Part shown: piece after piece, positions 25,901 through 38,140 of the stretch
Numbering within the stretch: position 1 is the stretch's first letter
How the letters are laid out: each line of letters begins with the position of its first letter
Assembly: GCA_958009085.1 (NCBI GenBank)
Contig: OY253679.1
Coordinates: 558,001 to 622,000, forward strand
Source of the DNA: Protoeuglena noctilucae
Lineage: Eukaryota
Direction of reading: 5' to 3'
DNA: 64,000 nt
Notes under the pieces: model-generated
The model's database searches: none
What the model was told of the DNA's origin: nothing
Seen by the model: only the letters and a program-made list of their open reading frames with translations
Program-made: the position numbers and the translations under genes

Positions 25901-27635
25901 TGCGCTACCCCAACGGAGAGACGGTGCTGCTGGGGCCGGGGTCGGTGTACGGCGTCACGGGGGTGCTGGAGGAGGCGCCAGAGCATGAGGCCAAGGTGGT
26001 GACGGTCAGCACGCGCGCCGAGGTCGTCTTCGTGCTTTATCAAGACGTGGTGCAGGGCCTCGAGGCCATCCTATCGAGGGTGAGTCGCGATGTCATGCGT
26101 AATGCGCTTCACAACTGCGTGGTGGCAGGATCGCATTGGGGCTGTCATCCGGTGCTGGCGTGTGACAGCGCGGCGGCGCGTGGCACGTTGCGGTGCTGGA
26201 GAGGCACCTGGGCCATATTAAGCGCCGCCATGCCTTTGCTTTTCTGCAGCTCAACGAGTCGGGGGAGGCCCTGGAGGCCGCGATCGCCCCCGACCTGGAG
26301 TTGTTTGGGGAGCTGGGCGCGGGGCAGTTCGGGAGCGTCCGGCTGGTCCGCAAGCCCCGCACGCGCACGCTGAACGCCCTCAAGGTCATCTCGAAGGCCG
26401 CGGTGTCCGAGCCCAAGCAGCTGGAGCACCTTCAGAACGAGGCCCGCATCCAGGAGGAGCTGCAGAGCACGTTCTGCGTGCGGCTGGTCGAGAAGGCCCA
26501 GGATGACGCGTCGCTGTACCTGCTGCAGGAGTTCGTGCCCGGGGGAGAGCTCTTCTATCTGCTAGACGTGGCGGGAGCACTGAAGGAGAATGACGTTCGC
26601 TTTTACGTGGCGAATGTGCTGCTGGGCCTCGAGTATTTGCATTCCAAGGGCATCGTGTACCGGGACCTGAAGCCGGAGAACCTGCTGGTAGCCGCGGACG
26701 GGTACGTCAAGCTGGCCGACTTTGGGTTCGCCAAGAAGGTCCACGGGGGCAAGACGTACACCATCTGCGGCACGCCGGACTACCAGGCGCCCGAGGTGAG
26801 GCGCAGCGAGGTGCTGAGAGGCCAGGTGATACCCGGTGTGCAGCATGCGTGATGCTAGTGATACCTGTGGTGTGACGCTGAAAATCCGCAACTAACACCC
26901 GCCACCCCTGCCGCCCCTCCCAGGTCATCATGCGCAAGGGCACGAGCGCGGCTGCCGACTACTGGGCCCTCGGCGTGCTCATCTACGAGCTCCTGTCGGG
27001 GGATGCCCCATTCAAGGGCGCATCGGAGGACCCCTGGGAGACGTTCCGTCGCGTTCTGTCCGGGCGCTTCTTTATCCCTCCCTTCATGGGACCCCTCGCC
27101 GCGGACATCATCTACAAACTCCTGCAGGTCAACCCGGACCAGCGTCTGGGGTCGGGGCCGGGAGGGGCGGCGGAGGTGCGTGTGGGGGGAGCGTGCGTGG
27201 GGTGGCTGCTGGGTCAGGGAGCTGGGTCCGGGGAGAGGGGCGCAGTTAAGATCCACACCACCACCGTCGCTGTCGCCGCCCTCACGACCCGCAGTACGAT
27301 GGTCGCCCTGCTGCCGTCTCCCCGCCCCTCTGCTCGCCCACTCTCACCGATCTTCCCTCCGTTCTTCTTCGCAGATCAAGCAGCACCGGTGGTTCAGCGG
27401 CATCAATTGGAAGGCCTTGGAGCAGCACCGCGTGCGCCCGCCCTTTGTGCCCGACGCCAAATTCATACAGAACTTCATCGGGCTCAAGTCCATTCGCCTC
27501 GACGCCTTCCGCAAGTCGCGGGCGCCCAAGAGCGAAGGCGGAAAGCCCGCTGTCGCCGACATGGAGGGCTGGCGGTGGCTGGAGGGCGTAGAGGACCGCA
27601 GCCCCTCCCCCGGGGCGCATGTCAGCAATTTCTGA
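22929..27635 (+). CDS. Cyclic-nucleotide-dependent AGC kinase (PKG-like): pseudosubstrate, four CNB domains and kinase domain; +1 frameshift in CNB-A as given
   Basis: KARRRAVG; IVRQGD..MYVVGEG..LAMVFISPRSAS; GERVLIGSSMRTADCVA; LGAGQFGSV, ALKVISK, IVYRDLKPEN, KLADFGFAK, TYTICGTPDYQAPE, IKQHRWF..PPFVP; start uncertain. Confidence 0.88.
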
Positions 27636-27808
27636 CGTTACGAACGTTGGGATTCCAGACGTCCATTTTCGATTCGACATAGCTCGCATCGCGCTTCCAC
27701 ACACGTTCCGCCCCGCTAGCTCTCCTAGAGCCCACCTAGCGCGCTGCAAACGCCCCCCGTTCCTGGACATCATATCCAGCCCCTGGCGTGGCGCTGTAAC
27801 CACATCCC

Positions 27809-29178
27809 TCACACCCGCACGCCCTTGAATGTCCAATTCTGCCGCTTCTCGTCCCTCCGGTTCCCCTTTGGGCCCGGCCCTTTGCCGGCCTTGGCAGCGT
27901 CCGGTGCCGCTTCCCCATCGCCCGCCCCCGACGGCGACGCTCGCTTATGGGCCGCCCGCGCCGCCTCCGCCTGAGTCGCGAAGGCCGCAACGACGTCGAC
28001 TTCGCTCACCGGTTCCTGCATCCGCCCCTCGCGCCTCTCCTCCAGCAGCCGCCGCCGCATCAGCCAGGGCAGCAGCACCCGCACGCGCGGCGTGGCGTCG
28101 CCGTACGCCAGCTCCACGCGCAAGTGCGCCCTGCAGTCGCGACGGAGGCGCAGAAGGCATCGCGTGCGCAGGCCGCGCCTCAATCGCCTGCAGAAACACC
28201 GCAGTGCGTCCAATGCACATCATCACCTGTACCGCACCATGCGTCCCGCCCTGCCGCGCGCGTGAGGAAGGACGCGTTTCAGATACGTCCCCTTCCCCAC
28301 GAGAGCCCTCTGCACGACGAGCTTAGATGGGTCCATGCCCATTTCATCCACAGCGCGGGCGCGGGCCTCCTTGAGGGCCAGATGCACGAACTTGAGGGCC
28401 TTCTTGGGGTGGCTCTGGGACAGGACGATCGCGTCGTTGACGTGCCGGTTCTGCAAAAGGCGGGGCGAGGACTGCATCCACGGGGGCAGCGCAGCGCCCG
28501 AGCCCAGCGGCCAGCGGGAGCGACCGAGCGAAGCAACAGAGAAAGAGACAACCCGGAGCAGGGTCTGCACAAGCGAAGATCGCAATGGAAATGCCAGGGA
28601 CGAGCGAGATCGCGTCCTGGCCCCAGGGGCTTGCTGCTCGCCTTCACGAGCTGGCAAGCCACGGTGAGCTTCTTCGGGCTGGTCTTGATGTCCGTCAGCC
28701 TCACGAAGGCGACCTTTGGCTGTGCTTCGCGAGCCTCCTCGGCCCGCCGGACCCTTCTCTCGGCCTCCTGCCGCGCCGCTTCGCCAAGCCGCCACAGTGG
28801 ATTGGCCCTCGCCGCGTGCGAGTGGTGGATCCACCGCAACGACCGCATTCCTCCAACCTGCAACGACAGCCGTTGCGTCCTGTTGCAATGCCAGCCCGCT
28901 GGCGCGCGGCTTGGAGGGTGAAGAAGCGTCTCTATGTTTCCCCGACCCACGCGACGCACCTCGCCGAACGACGACAGCGGGGACGTCAACGTGTTACCAG
29001 AGCCCCTCCAAGCATTCGATCCCGGTGTCCACGTGTGCTGCCGCAAGCTCCCTGCGAGGCGCGTGACCGGCTCGGCAAACCAAGCGCCCACTTCCCGCGT
29101 CTCAACGCCGCTGCAGCTCGTGCTGCATGTCCCCGACGATCTGGCGATCGCCGCAAGTTGCGAGACGGCGCGGCGCAT
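27809..29178 (-). CDS. MRPL22: Mitochondrial ribosomal protein uL22
   Basis: Presequence MRRAVSQLAAIARS; IKTSPKKL..CQLV, DAIVL..PKKA, LVVQRALVGKGTYLKRVLPHARGRAG..AHLRVEL. Confidence 0.88.
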
Positions 29179-29565
29179 CGGGAGCGCGAGATGGCGCGCG
29201 GGCGACCGTGTTGGCGGTGCCCGAGAAAGCTATCCGCTGTAACCGGCGCGACCACGATTCTATTATGGTGCACGGGTGCACGGCAACACATGAATGCCAA
29301 CCGGATGCAGCTCATATGTCTTTCCAGCACTGGGCTTGCACCAAAACTGCCATCACTTGGCGATTTCGGCGAAACGATTCGTCAATGTGTGCGCCTGAGC
29401 TCGCCCTTGACGCTAGCACATACCGAGGCACCGGACTTTGCCCCCGGCGCGTCGTTTCGCAGCGGGTGTGGGTCATTCAGTGTTGCAGCGTCGCAGGCCC
29501 GCCTAGGCGGCGCGACCGCTGGAGGAGCGGGGCGCCTGGGGGGCGGTGCTTTCCGCGTTCTCCCG

Positions 29566-32500
29566 ATGGCGTCCCAGGCGGAGGAGCTGGCGCATCAATT
29601 GGGCGCCAGCGACGTCCCAGCAAAGCAACGACTTCGCAGCCTTCGTGCGGTCAGGAACCAGGTGTGCGCGGCGCGGCAGGCGATGCCAGCGCAGCGACAT
29701 CATCGTTGATAGTCCCTCGTGCTGGGCGACACGGACGGCGAGCGCTAGACCCGCGCCACCGCAGGTCATCAGTAACCGGTCAAAGAAGGTGGCCTTTTTG
29801 CAACTCGGAGCGGTGCGGGCGGTTGTTCAGCTATTGCAGCATACTTCCGACGTCGAGGCGATCGTGCAGGTGCCCGCCGGCGCGCCTCTAGCCCGCTGGT
29901 CTGTCGGTCTGTGCACGTTCACAAGCCAGCCACGGGCCATCACTTGTTGGGTGTGCAGGCCATCACGACGATCGGGAGCCTCGCCTACGATGTCGCGGAG
30001 GGCGCGAGGGAGGTCGTCGAATGTGGCGGCTTTGCCAAGATTGTTGAGTTGTGCTTGTCTTCCGATGCCAGGTGAGCTTCGGGCCCCTCCCCTCCTGGTG
30101 TTTGGTGCTATTCACCCGTGCACGAGACCGCCGGATGCGCGAATCGCAGGGTCATGGAGGCGGCGGTGCGGACGCTGAAGATGCTCCTGCACCCGGAGGA
30201 CGTGCCGAGGGCGCCGGTGATGGCGGAGGCGGTGCGAGGGCGCATCGTGTCGCTCCTCAGCCCAGACGCGGCCGGGGGGGACACGGTGTCGCAGCATGCG
30301 TGCGAGGTGAGCCGTGTGTTGGACTCGTTCGGTGCAGACCGCTTCGGCCACCAGATGGGGGCTGCAAGATGTCCTCAACCCATGCCCGGCCTTGCCCCCT
30401 ACCTCAGATTGTGAGGCGCTGCTGTTTGACGAGGGAGATGCAGGGGATGTGGGTGCAAAGCGGGGCAACCGGTGCGCTGGTGCACCTGATGGGCAGCGCG
30501 AGGGTGCGCGTGAGCATCGCCGCCGCCACCGCCGTCGGGGCGATGGTGTGCGCGAACGAGGCGGCTGCGCGGGACGTTTTGCGATGTCCCCGGCTCGAGG
30601 CTGCCGTGATCGGAATGCTGCAGTCGCACCGCCCGGACGCCCGACTCGAGGCTTGCAGGCTCGTCAGGTGAGTGGGCAACGCCATCGACTGTGCATCCCA
30701 GACCTGTGCCTGCCGTGTCTGCCTTGTCTGCGTCGTGCCAAGCACAGTTACTTGACCACGTTGCCCGGCCCCGCACTGCCCCCAGGCGCTTGGCAGGCGC
30801 TTTATCGTCTGGGCCCTCTCACAGCGAGGGGTCACACGCTCCAGGGTCACACGACACGACGTTTAGCACCCTCGTGCTGCACGCCAGCCAGGCCCTGCTG
30901 CGCCTCCTCTCCGAGGTGAGAGGAGACCGGGGTGCACTGGGGTGGTCATCGTCCCAGTGCACAGCAGCCCCAGAGACTGCCCGCCAAAGCGCATTCGTGC
31001 CGCAGGGCCCTTTAAGAACGGATCGCAGGGCTTTCAACCCCGACGCGGCGGAGGAGATGGCGGCGCTCTGGTCCTCGTCGCCCACGCTGCAGTGGGCGCC
31101 GATGGACGCGGAGACTCTGACAACGCTGACAGGCATCATCCACGAGGGGCCTTCGCCTCCCACCCCGGCAGCCGCGCACAACCTGTCGTGCGCGCTACAC
31201 GCCCTCGCGGCCCTCTGCACGCGGCGGGAGGAGGCCCGCCGCGCCGTCTTGGACCGCAAAGTCGCCCCCATTCTCCTCCGCGCCATCGAGTCCACCGACG
31301 CAAGCGTCAGGTGCGCGGATGCTGGGGAAGGTGTTGCCGGGATAGTGACAAGAGGGTCAGGTGCACATGACCATTTTGTGGCCTCACTCGGCTGACCAGC
31401 ATTGGCGCGTTGCGTTGGCACAGAGGTGTGCGGTGTGAGCTGATGGGCCCCGCTCCTCATCGCGCACAGGGTGGCGGCCTGCAAGTGCCTGGTTTCCCTG
31501 GCGAGGTCCTCGGCCATCCTCATGCAGGCCTTCAAAGACGCGTCGCCCCTCCGCCCGCTGTTCGCTGCGCTGAAGGACGGGCACCGGGAGGTCGTGCTCG
31601 AAGCGTCCGCCGCGCTGTGCAACCTCGTGACCTTCGGCGACGCGGTCAAGTCCGAGTGCCTCGGGCCCCACGGCCTCGGGCGCATGATGGAGCTCGTCAC
31701 GGGCGCGGACGTGGAGCTGAGGAGGAACGCCCTGCTGTTCTTGAAGAACCTGGCGTTCGACGCGGGGTCGGCTATCAAGGCCGGCATCCTCGACGCGGCG
31801 CCGTGGGTGCGTGCGGGGCCCAGCGCATGGGGCAAGGCAACGGGGGCGTCGTGGGTCGTTTTGGGACACGGATGCAAAGAGTGGCGGGTCGTGGCAGGGT
31901 TCGTGATCGTTTCTCCGCTGCCCGCAGGCCACTCTGGTCGAGTCGCTGCTGTCGGACGAGGACCGGCGGGTGCAGGAGTGCACGTGGGGCGTGCTGCGCA
32001 ACATCGCCAACTGCGTGGGGGGCTCCCAGGGCCGGGACGCGGACCTGGTGAGTCACTCGACGCTGTGCTCGCGATGCAGCGAGACCTCGTAGCTGCCGGT
32101 TGCTGGGAAAACACCAGGGAGGGCCTCATGTTCCACGCAGGTGCTGCGGGCAGTGCCCTGGCCGGTGCTGGCCAAGCACTTGGAGCGGCAGCTGGAGGAA
32201 GGCGCCGTGCGGCCACTTGGCGACAACGAGGGGAAGGTCCTGGAGCATGCGCTGTACTTCGTCGTCAACATAGCAGGGTCACTTGAGAGCGCCCGGCAGA
32301 CAATCATCGAGAGGCGAGCGCGGGCTTGGGAGGGCGCAGACGCGACCCCCACCGCCGGGATCCTGGTCTACACTTCCTGCTATCGCTTTGTTCCGCAGCA
32401 CTGTCCCGGCGCGGATCAAGGCCCTGCTGCTGGCGGGTCACGCCCCGCCGCCGACCCTGGTGGCCGCACTGTGGATCCTCCTCAACCTCGTGTACTGGAA

Positions 32501-32807
32501 GGGCAGCCTCGTAGGCGACTCGGCGTTACACAGGTGCGCAAGAGTGAGGTGCTGGGGCCCTGCTGCTACCCCTGCCGTTCATCCCCGGACCACGCCCCCT
32601 GCTTCCGCACCCTGCAGGACCAAGTCGCTCCTCCATACGGGCATGGCGGACGCGGTCCGGGCAGTGGCCAAGCATGGAGATCAGGACGTGCGGGACCGGG
32701 CGGCGCAGGTCCTGGAGGAGATGCGGGCGCGACGCCAGGCGACCCTGGGCGGCCCGGGGCAGACCTCGGGCTCGGACGACGAGATGATGGGGCCCGTCCC
32801 CATATAG
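29566..32807 (+). CDS. ARMC8: Armadillo-repeat protein ARMC8/GID5 (CTLH E3 complex), about 11 exons
   Basis: RLRSLRAVRNQ|VISNRSKKVAFLQLGAV matches the ARMC8 N-terminus; AACKCLVSLARS, ASAALCNLVTF, LRRNALLFLKNLAF, WGVLRNI, ALWILLNL. Confidence 0.85.
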
Positions 32808-33700
32808 CACGAGTCTGTGTTGTGCGTAGTATAGCGCTCCTTGGCTGCACAATCCCTGATCCCCGGCCTTGTCAGTTTTTGCCAGAGCGAGGGGGGTGGA
32901 ACTCGAGTCTAGGGCCCGCGCGCTCCCCCGCGTGAAAGAATTTCGTCACATTGATCCTTTGTGACGTCGACAGGTGCGTGGCGAGGCTCGTACCGGCAAG
33001 TTGCGTCCCCAACTGTTCAAAATCTCGACCGCTTCACGCGTCGAGCGGGCGGCGAGGTGTTTCGACTCGTCTTTGGATGAGAAGAGGTGCCCGTGTCCCA
33101 CACGCAGTTCGCGCGGTGACTCGTCTTGGAGGACCCTGGAGAGCCACGCAGCGCGACTTGCTCGAGTGGGTCAGCGTCAGTCGCCATGTGTGCGAGCCCC
33201 GCGCCTTGCTGCTGAGCCAACGGACGTGGGATGTTGGGCCTGCGGGAATCGCTTGGTGAGAGCTGCGCGCCGGGGCCCTGCGCCTGGCCCGGGCGCCTCT
33301 CGAGGCAGCGGGCGCCATGGGAGTGGCGGTTTGGGAGGGGAGAAGTGCCACACGGGCTCTCGAGAGCGGGGGCGCGGCCGCTAGGGTGTTTGATGGGGTA
33401 CTCGCGCCCTCTGCACTTGGCCCCGCTGCCGCGTCGCCAGCATTCCTGTCCTCCCGTGCGCTTTCCATGGCGATTCTTGACTCGACACGCACTGCGCCCG
33501 CCAACGCCCGCCCTCGTCGCCCGCAGACCGGCAGCTCTCTGGGTTCGAGCTCACGTCGCCGCAGGGGACGCACGACGGTGCGTCGCTCCGCCCGCGCCTG
33601 CTCCTAGCGCGTCGCCGAGTCGATGCCTCTTGCTCGAGGCTGCTCCGCTGCGGCTGCGGACCCGCGCCCCGCGCGGCCTCGGGAACAGTTGCCCTTGCCC

Positions 33701-36700
33701 ATGGCCGCAGAGCCCCCGCTGACGCCGCGGTTCGTGAGCAACAACCCCGATGACTCCGAAATGATCGTCAGCCTGGCCCCGCTGGACGGGTGCCCCGACG
33801 ACGACAACAGCCGCGAGATCCGCGTGTCGTGCCCCGATGCGACCGGGCTGGGATGCGACCTGGCCCGCGAGGTGACACGGCGCGCCGCTGCCCGCTGGCT
33901 GCGTGCCGGGGCCCTCTTCGCCATCTCTGCGCTCCGTGCTCGGCGCCTCGCCCGCGCCCCTGCGTCCATGGCCCCCACACATGCCCGACCGCCCCGTCCT
34001 CGCCGCAGATCCTGAACTTCGGCCTCCGCATCATCCGCGGCGACTTCTCCACCGACGGCAAGTGGTGCTTTTTAATTTTTGAGGTCCGCGTGGGCCGCGG
34101 GTACCGCCCCTACTGGGACCGCCTCAAGCGCCAGCTAGAGCGCTGCTGCCCTAAGGAGGGCTCTGCGGGGCTGCAGCAGATGTGCGCCAACCCCAGCGCC
34201 CGGAGCTCCCAGCTCTTCGTGCTCCAGGTGCGTTGCGAACTGCATCACCGCGCACGCGCCTCCCGCCTGCCTAGCCGCGGGACCGGTGTCGATCCCATCC
34301 ACCCTGGTCGTGTCGCGTCGCAGGTGACCACGAGTGACCGGTCGGGCGTCCTGCACAACCTCATCAGCACGCTGTGGGAGTGCGACTTGCAAGTCCACAA
34401 GGCCCACATCACCACCAACCCGGGCGACCAGGCCCTGGACATGTTCTGGGTGTCGGACAACCGACAGGAGTTACCGGTGCGTGGCGAGAGCCGCGTTGCG
34501 TCACCTGCTGGCCGCAGTGCGCTTTTCATCGACTGGTCTTGCCTCTTATCGACCAGCTGGCCCGTGCTCATTGGCGAATAGCCCCTCTCTCTCATCATTG
34601 ACGAGTGCTCTCCTCATCTCCATGCAGGCCCTGGAGCGGATGCTGGACATCCGGGACCGCGTCAAGGCGGCCCTGGGCGAGCAGTCGAGCTGTCACCTGG
34701 AGACGGTCGCCCCGGAGGACATGCCGGACCTGGACGCCCGCGCCGTGCGGCTGGCGTGCAAGGATGCGAAAGCCCAGGACCCCCTGCGCCTGCACAAGGC
34801 GTCGCCGAGCGGCCCGGGCGCCCCCACGCACCGCCACCGCCGCACCGTGAGCCACGAGATCGTGCAGGAGGTGGGCCTGCTTCCCCTGGACAGCGTCGAC
34901 ATCGTGGTGGACAACTCGACCTCGCGGGAGCACACGCTCATCACGATCGCCTGCCGCGACCGCAAGGGCCTCACCTACGACATCATGCGCGTCCTCAAGG
35001 ACCAGGAGGTCCGCATCGCCTACGGGTGAGGGCTGCGGGGGGCCAAGGAATCCCACCAACCACACGAGGGCATGGCGACCGAGAGCGCCGCTGGGGTACA
35101 TGTAGATGCTTCACGTATCACTACTCAGCATAGCTTCCTTCCGTTTTCTCTGACGCGCAGTCGCATCGGGACGGACGACATGAACCCCACGGGGGTGGTG
35201 GTGGACCTCTTCCTGCAGCAGGAGTTCGAGAGCTGGGGCATCTGCGACGAGGACCTGCTGGAGGACCTGGTGGAGACGCTGCGCACGGCCATCGCCATGC
35301 CCGTCACCATCACCATCACGGACGTCTTCGACGGCGCGTGCACCCAGGCAAGCTGGGAGGGCGTTTGGGCACGCACGCCTGGTAGCAGCCGCTGCGTGCG
35401 GGGGCGACCGAGCGCATCCATGCTTGCCGCGGCCGTGGCGGACAGGATGGGCAGGCTGCGATTCACACGCATTTCACAGCCTTACAACCTTCAACTTCCC
35501 TCCCCGCAGCTGACGGTGCGCGCGAGCGTGGACTCGGGCGGCCGTGGCCGCCCCCGCGTCATCTACGACACGACGCGCGCCGTGGCGCTCTGCCGGTGCG
35601 GCATCTTCATGGCCGACATGTTCATGGAGGAGGTGGGCGAGGACGACACCCTCATGGGCCCCCGCCGCGGGAGGCGCCGGGTGGAGGTGCACCGCTTCTT
35701 GATCCACGACGAGGAGGGCCGGCCGCTGCGGTCGCGGGAGCAGAAGCAGGTCCTGCTGTCGCACGTGAAGCACCAGATGATCGGGTGCGGCGACATGGCG
35801 TCCGTCGCGGGCCTGCCCTGCCTGTCCGAGGCCTACTCGCGCATCCACTCGGTCAACTCCTTCGAATCGGTAAAAGACTCGGTCGCATCGGCAGCCGGGT
35901 CCATGGCCCTGCTCAACCTCCCGGGGCTCATGGACGACGCGCCGAGCGAGCTCCGGGAGCGCCGGCCCAGCCGCCTCGGCCGCGTCTCGGGGGACCCCTC
36001 CGTGCACGCGGGGTCCGCGCCGCTGCGGGGTGGCCTCGAGGCCGGGTCGTCCTTACGCGTGTTCCTGGGGCGCTCGAGCTGGAGGGGCATCCGGGAGGAG
36101 GAGGGCGAGGGCGAGGACGGGGCCGCGGCCGCCGGGGCACTGGCGGGGAGCGTCGACGGGGGTGCCGAGTGGCTGCGCGGGGCCAACTCGGTGCAGTCGC
36201 CGCGCGTCCGCGGGGTGGCATCCGAGGCGGGGCCCCTGGGCCCCGTGCGGCCCAGCGTGAGCGGCGTGGAACGGTGGCTCATGGAGCGGGGAGAGGGCGC
36301 GTGGGCGGGGGACGCTCCGGGGGGCCAGCCTGGGCTCCTGGAGGGGACGCCGGCCTCGGAGGAGGAGGCGCGGCCCGCGGTGCCGGGGCCCTTGGACCTG
36401 CGCCGCGGCGACTCCGTGCCCAGTCCTTCCCAGGACGCCGCACGGCCCGAGGCCTCTGCCGGGGGTGACCTGGCGGGGGCAGGGGCGGCCGTGGAGGCTT
36501 GTCGGGATGGCGCAGGGGAGGCGGGGTGCGAGTGCGAGGGCGCGCTCGCGCACGATGGGGCGGCGGAGGCTGCGGCGGCCGACGGGGGCGCCTGGGAGCC
36601 TGAGGCGGGCCAAGTTGAGAGGGCGGCGGGGTTAGAGGAGGGGTCCGGGTCGAGCGAAGCTGCCGCAGTGGCAGACGACGCCGGGGCCGCAGCGGACGGT

Positions 36701-36910
36701 GCCGAGGGCGCGCCCGTGGGCGTGGCCGGAGAGCGCAAGCCCCCCGTGGACGAGGCGGACCTTTCGACTGAGGCGGGGTCGGAGGGAGGGTCCGACGTGG
36801 CGCACGGTCACCGCGAGAACGGCCTCCCCCAGGGCCCATCCGACGCGGGGGCCGTGAGCCGGGGCGTGGCGCAGGAGGGCGCACGGCTGGGCCGCGTGCG
36901 GGTGGTCTAA
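33701..36910 (+). CDS. ACT-domain-repeat protein, ACR9/ACR10 type, with a long low-complexity C-terminal tail
   Basis: IRVSCPDATGLGCDLAREILNFGLRIIRGDFSTDGKWC; DRSGVLH; VDNSTSREHTLITIACRDRKGLTYDIMR; GRGRPRVIYDTT. Confidence 0.9.
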
Positions 36911-37164
36911 GGTGGTGCCGTGACGGGGCAGTCCGTGTCTGTGTCCCCTAGTCTGTCCCTTGTCCAACCGCACCCTCTGACGTTCCGTGGGCTGCCTTTT
37001 GCCGAGAGCCTTGCAACGGACCGAGTGACAGGCATGAGTTTCGCATTCTACGCCCCCCCAGGGAGCCGAGCCGAGCGCTCGCCCCGAGACTAGCATGGGC
37101 CCATGCGCGGGGATAGACCCAGGGCTGAGTTGAATTGCTGGCCCTGCGCCGCTCGCTCAGAGGC

Positions 37165-37970
37165 TCACGCTCCGAACAAACCCCGGCGCTCCTCGCTGGC
37201 GGGCAGCAGGGACTCCGCAGCATCCAGGCGTAGCAGGAGGTCGATGGCAAAGTCAGCCGTGAGGGCGGCACGCGGGCCCCGCTCCTGGTAGTAAGCCCCG
37301 AGGTCCCGGAGGATGGCGGAGACGGCCTCGAAGGAAGCGGAGGCCTCGATGGCCCGATCGCCGCGGTAGCGGGAGAGGAAGTCGCGGACACGCTCGCGGG
37401 CGGGGTCGGCCTTCCGCCGCACCTCCGACTCCGGCGCGCCGTCCTGCTCCGCTTGCACGGCGTCGCGGAGGGCCTGAGAGCAGGGCCGCAAGTTGGGGCG
37501 TGGATGGGCTGCGGAGGTCGGGGCAGGCGGGCATGGGAGGAGCGCAGCAGGAGGCCGACCTGGATGAGGGCTCGTGTCTTGTTCACGTACGCCTGGGGCA
37601 GTGGCTTGGTCGCCGCGGGCGCTCCGGGAAGCAAGGACTCGAGGTCGTCTGCGGCAGTAGAGAAGGAGCGCATGGGGCTCCGCATCGGCAGCCAGGCAGC
37701 GGATGCATGTGTCGGGCCCCTCTGCGGCGCGTCACCTGCATGAGCTGGCTCCCCGAATTGGCGGGCAATCACAAACGTCAGCAGAGCGAGGACACATCGT
37801 CTCGGGAGAGGCTGAGGTCCGACAGATGGGGTTGCATCTTGCTCGCGGACCGCGCGAGGGGCACGAGCGGGGCGAACGGCAACACACGGATGCCGGTTCC
37901 GAGCACGACTGCTAGCACACGTTCCCACGAACACACTTGCGGTTCCCAGACCAGCGGCAGCGCCCGTCAT
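37165..37970 (-). CDS. Psb27-family thylakoid lumen protein (Psb27-H2/LPA19-like)
   Basis: Bipartite targeting with twin-arginine PRRCVLA...AHA; KPLPQAYVNKTRALI, VRRKADPARERVRDFLSRYRG, LGAYYQERGPRAAL. Confidence 0.82.
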
Positions 37971-38140
37971 AGCACGCAGCTGCGGATAGCGATGGAAAAC
38001 AGCGATGGCTTTCTCGACGTCAGCATCCGGCTGCTTTCGCGATGTCGGGCGCGATGTTGGGGAGCGGATCGAGGCGCGCATCGTGGTTAGGGGCGGTGGA
38101 TGCGCGGCTGACAGTGGACAGCCTGGCGAGGGCGTCCCCC

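Noticed and set aside
33530..33560. GGTTCGA word suggesting a tRNA T-loop (also near 5948)
   Set aside because: No pairing T-stem or cloverleaf can be built
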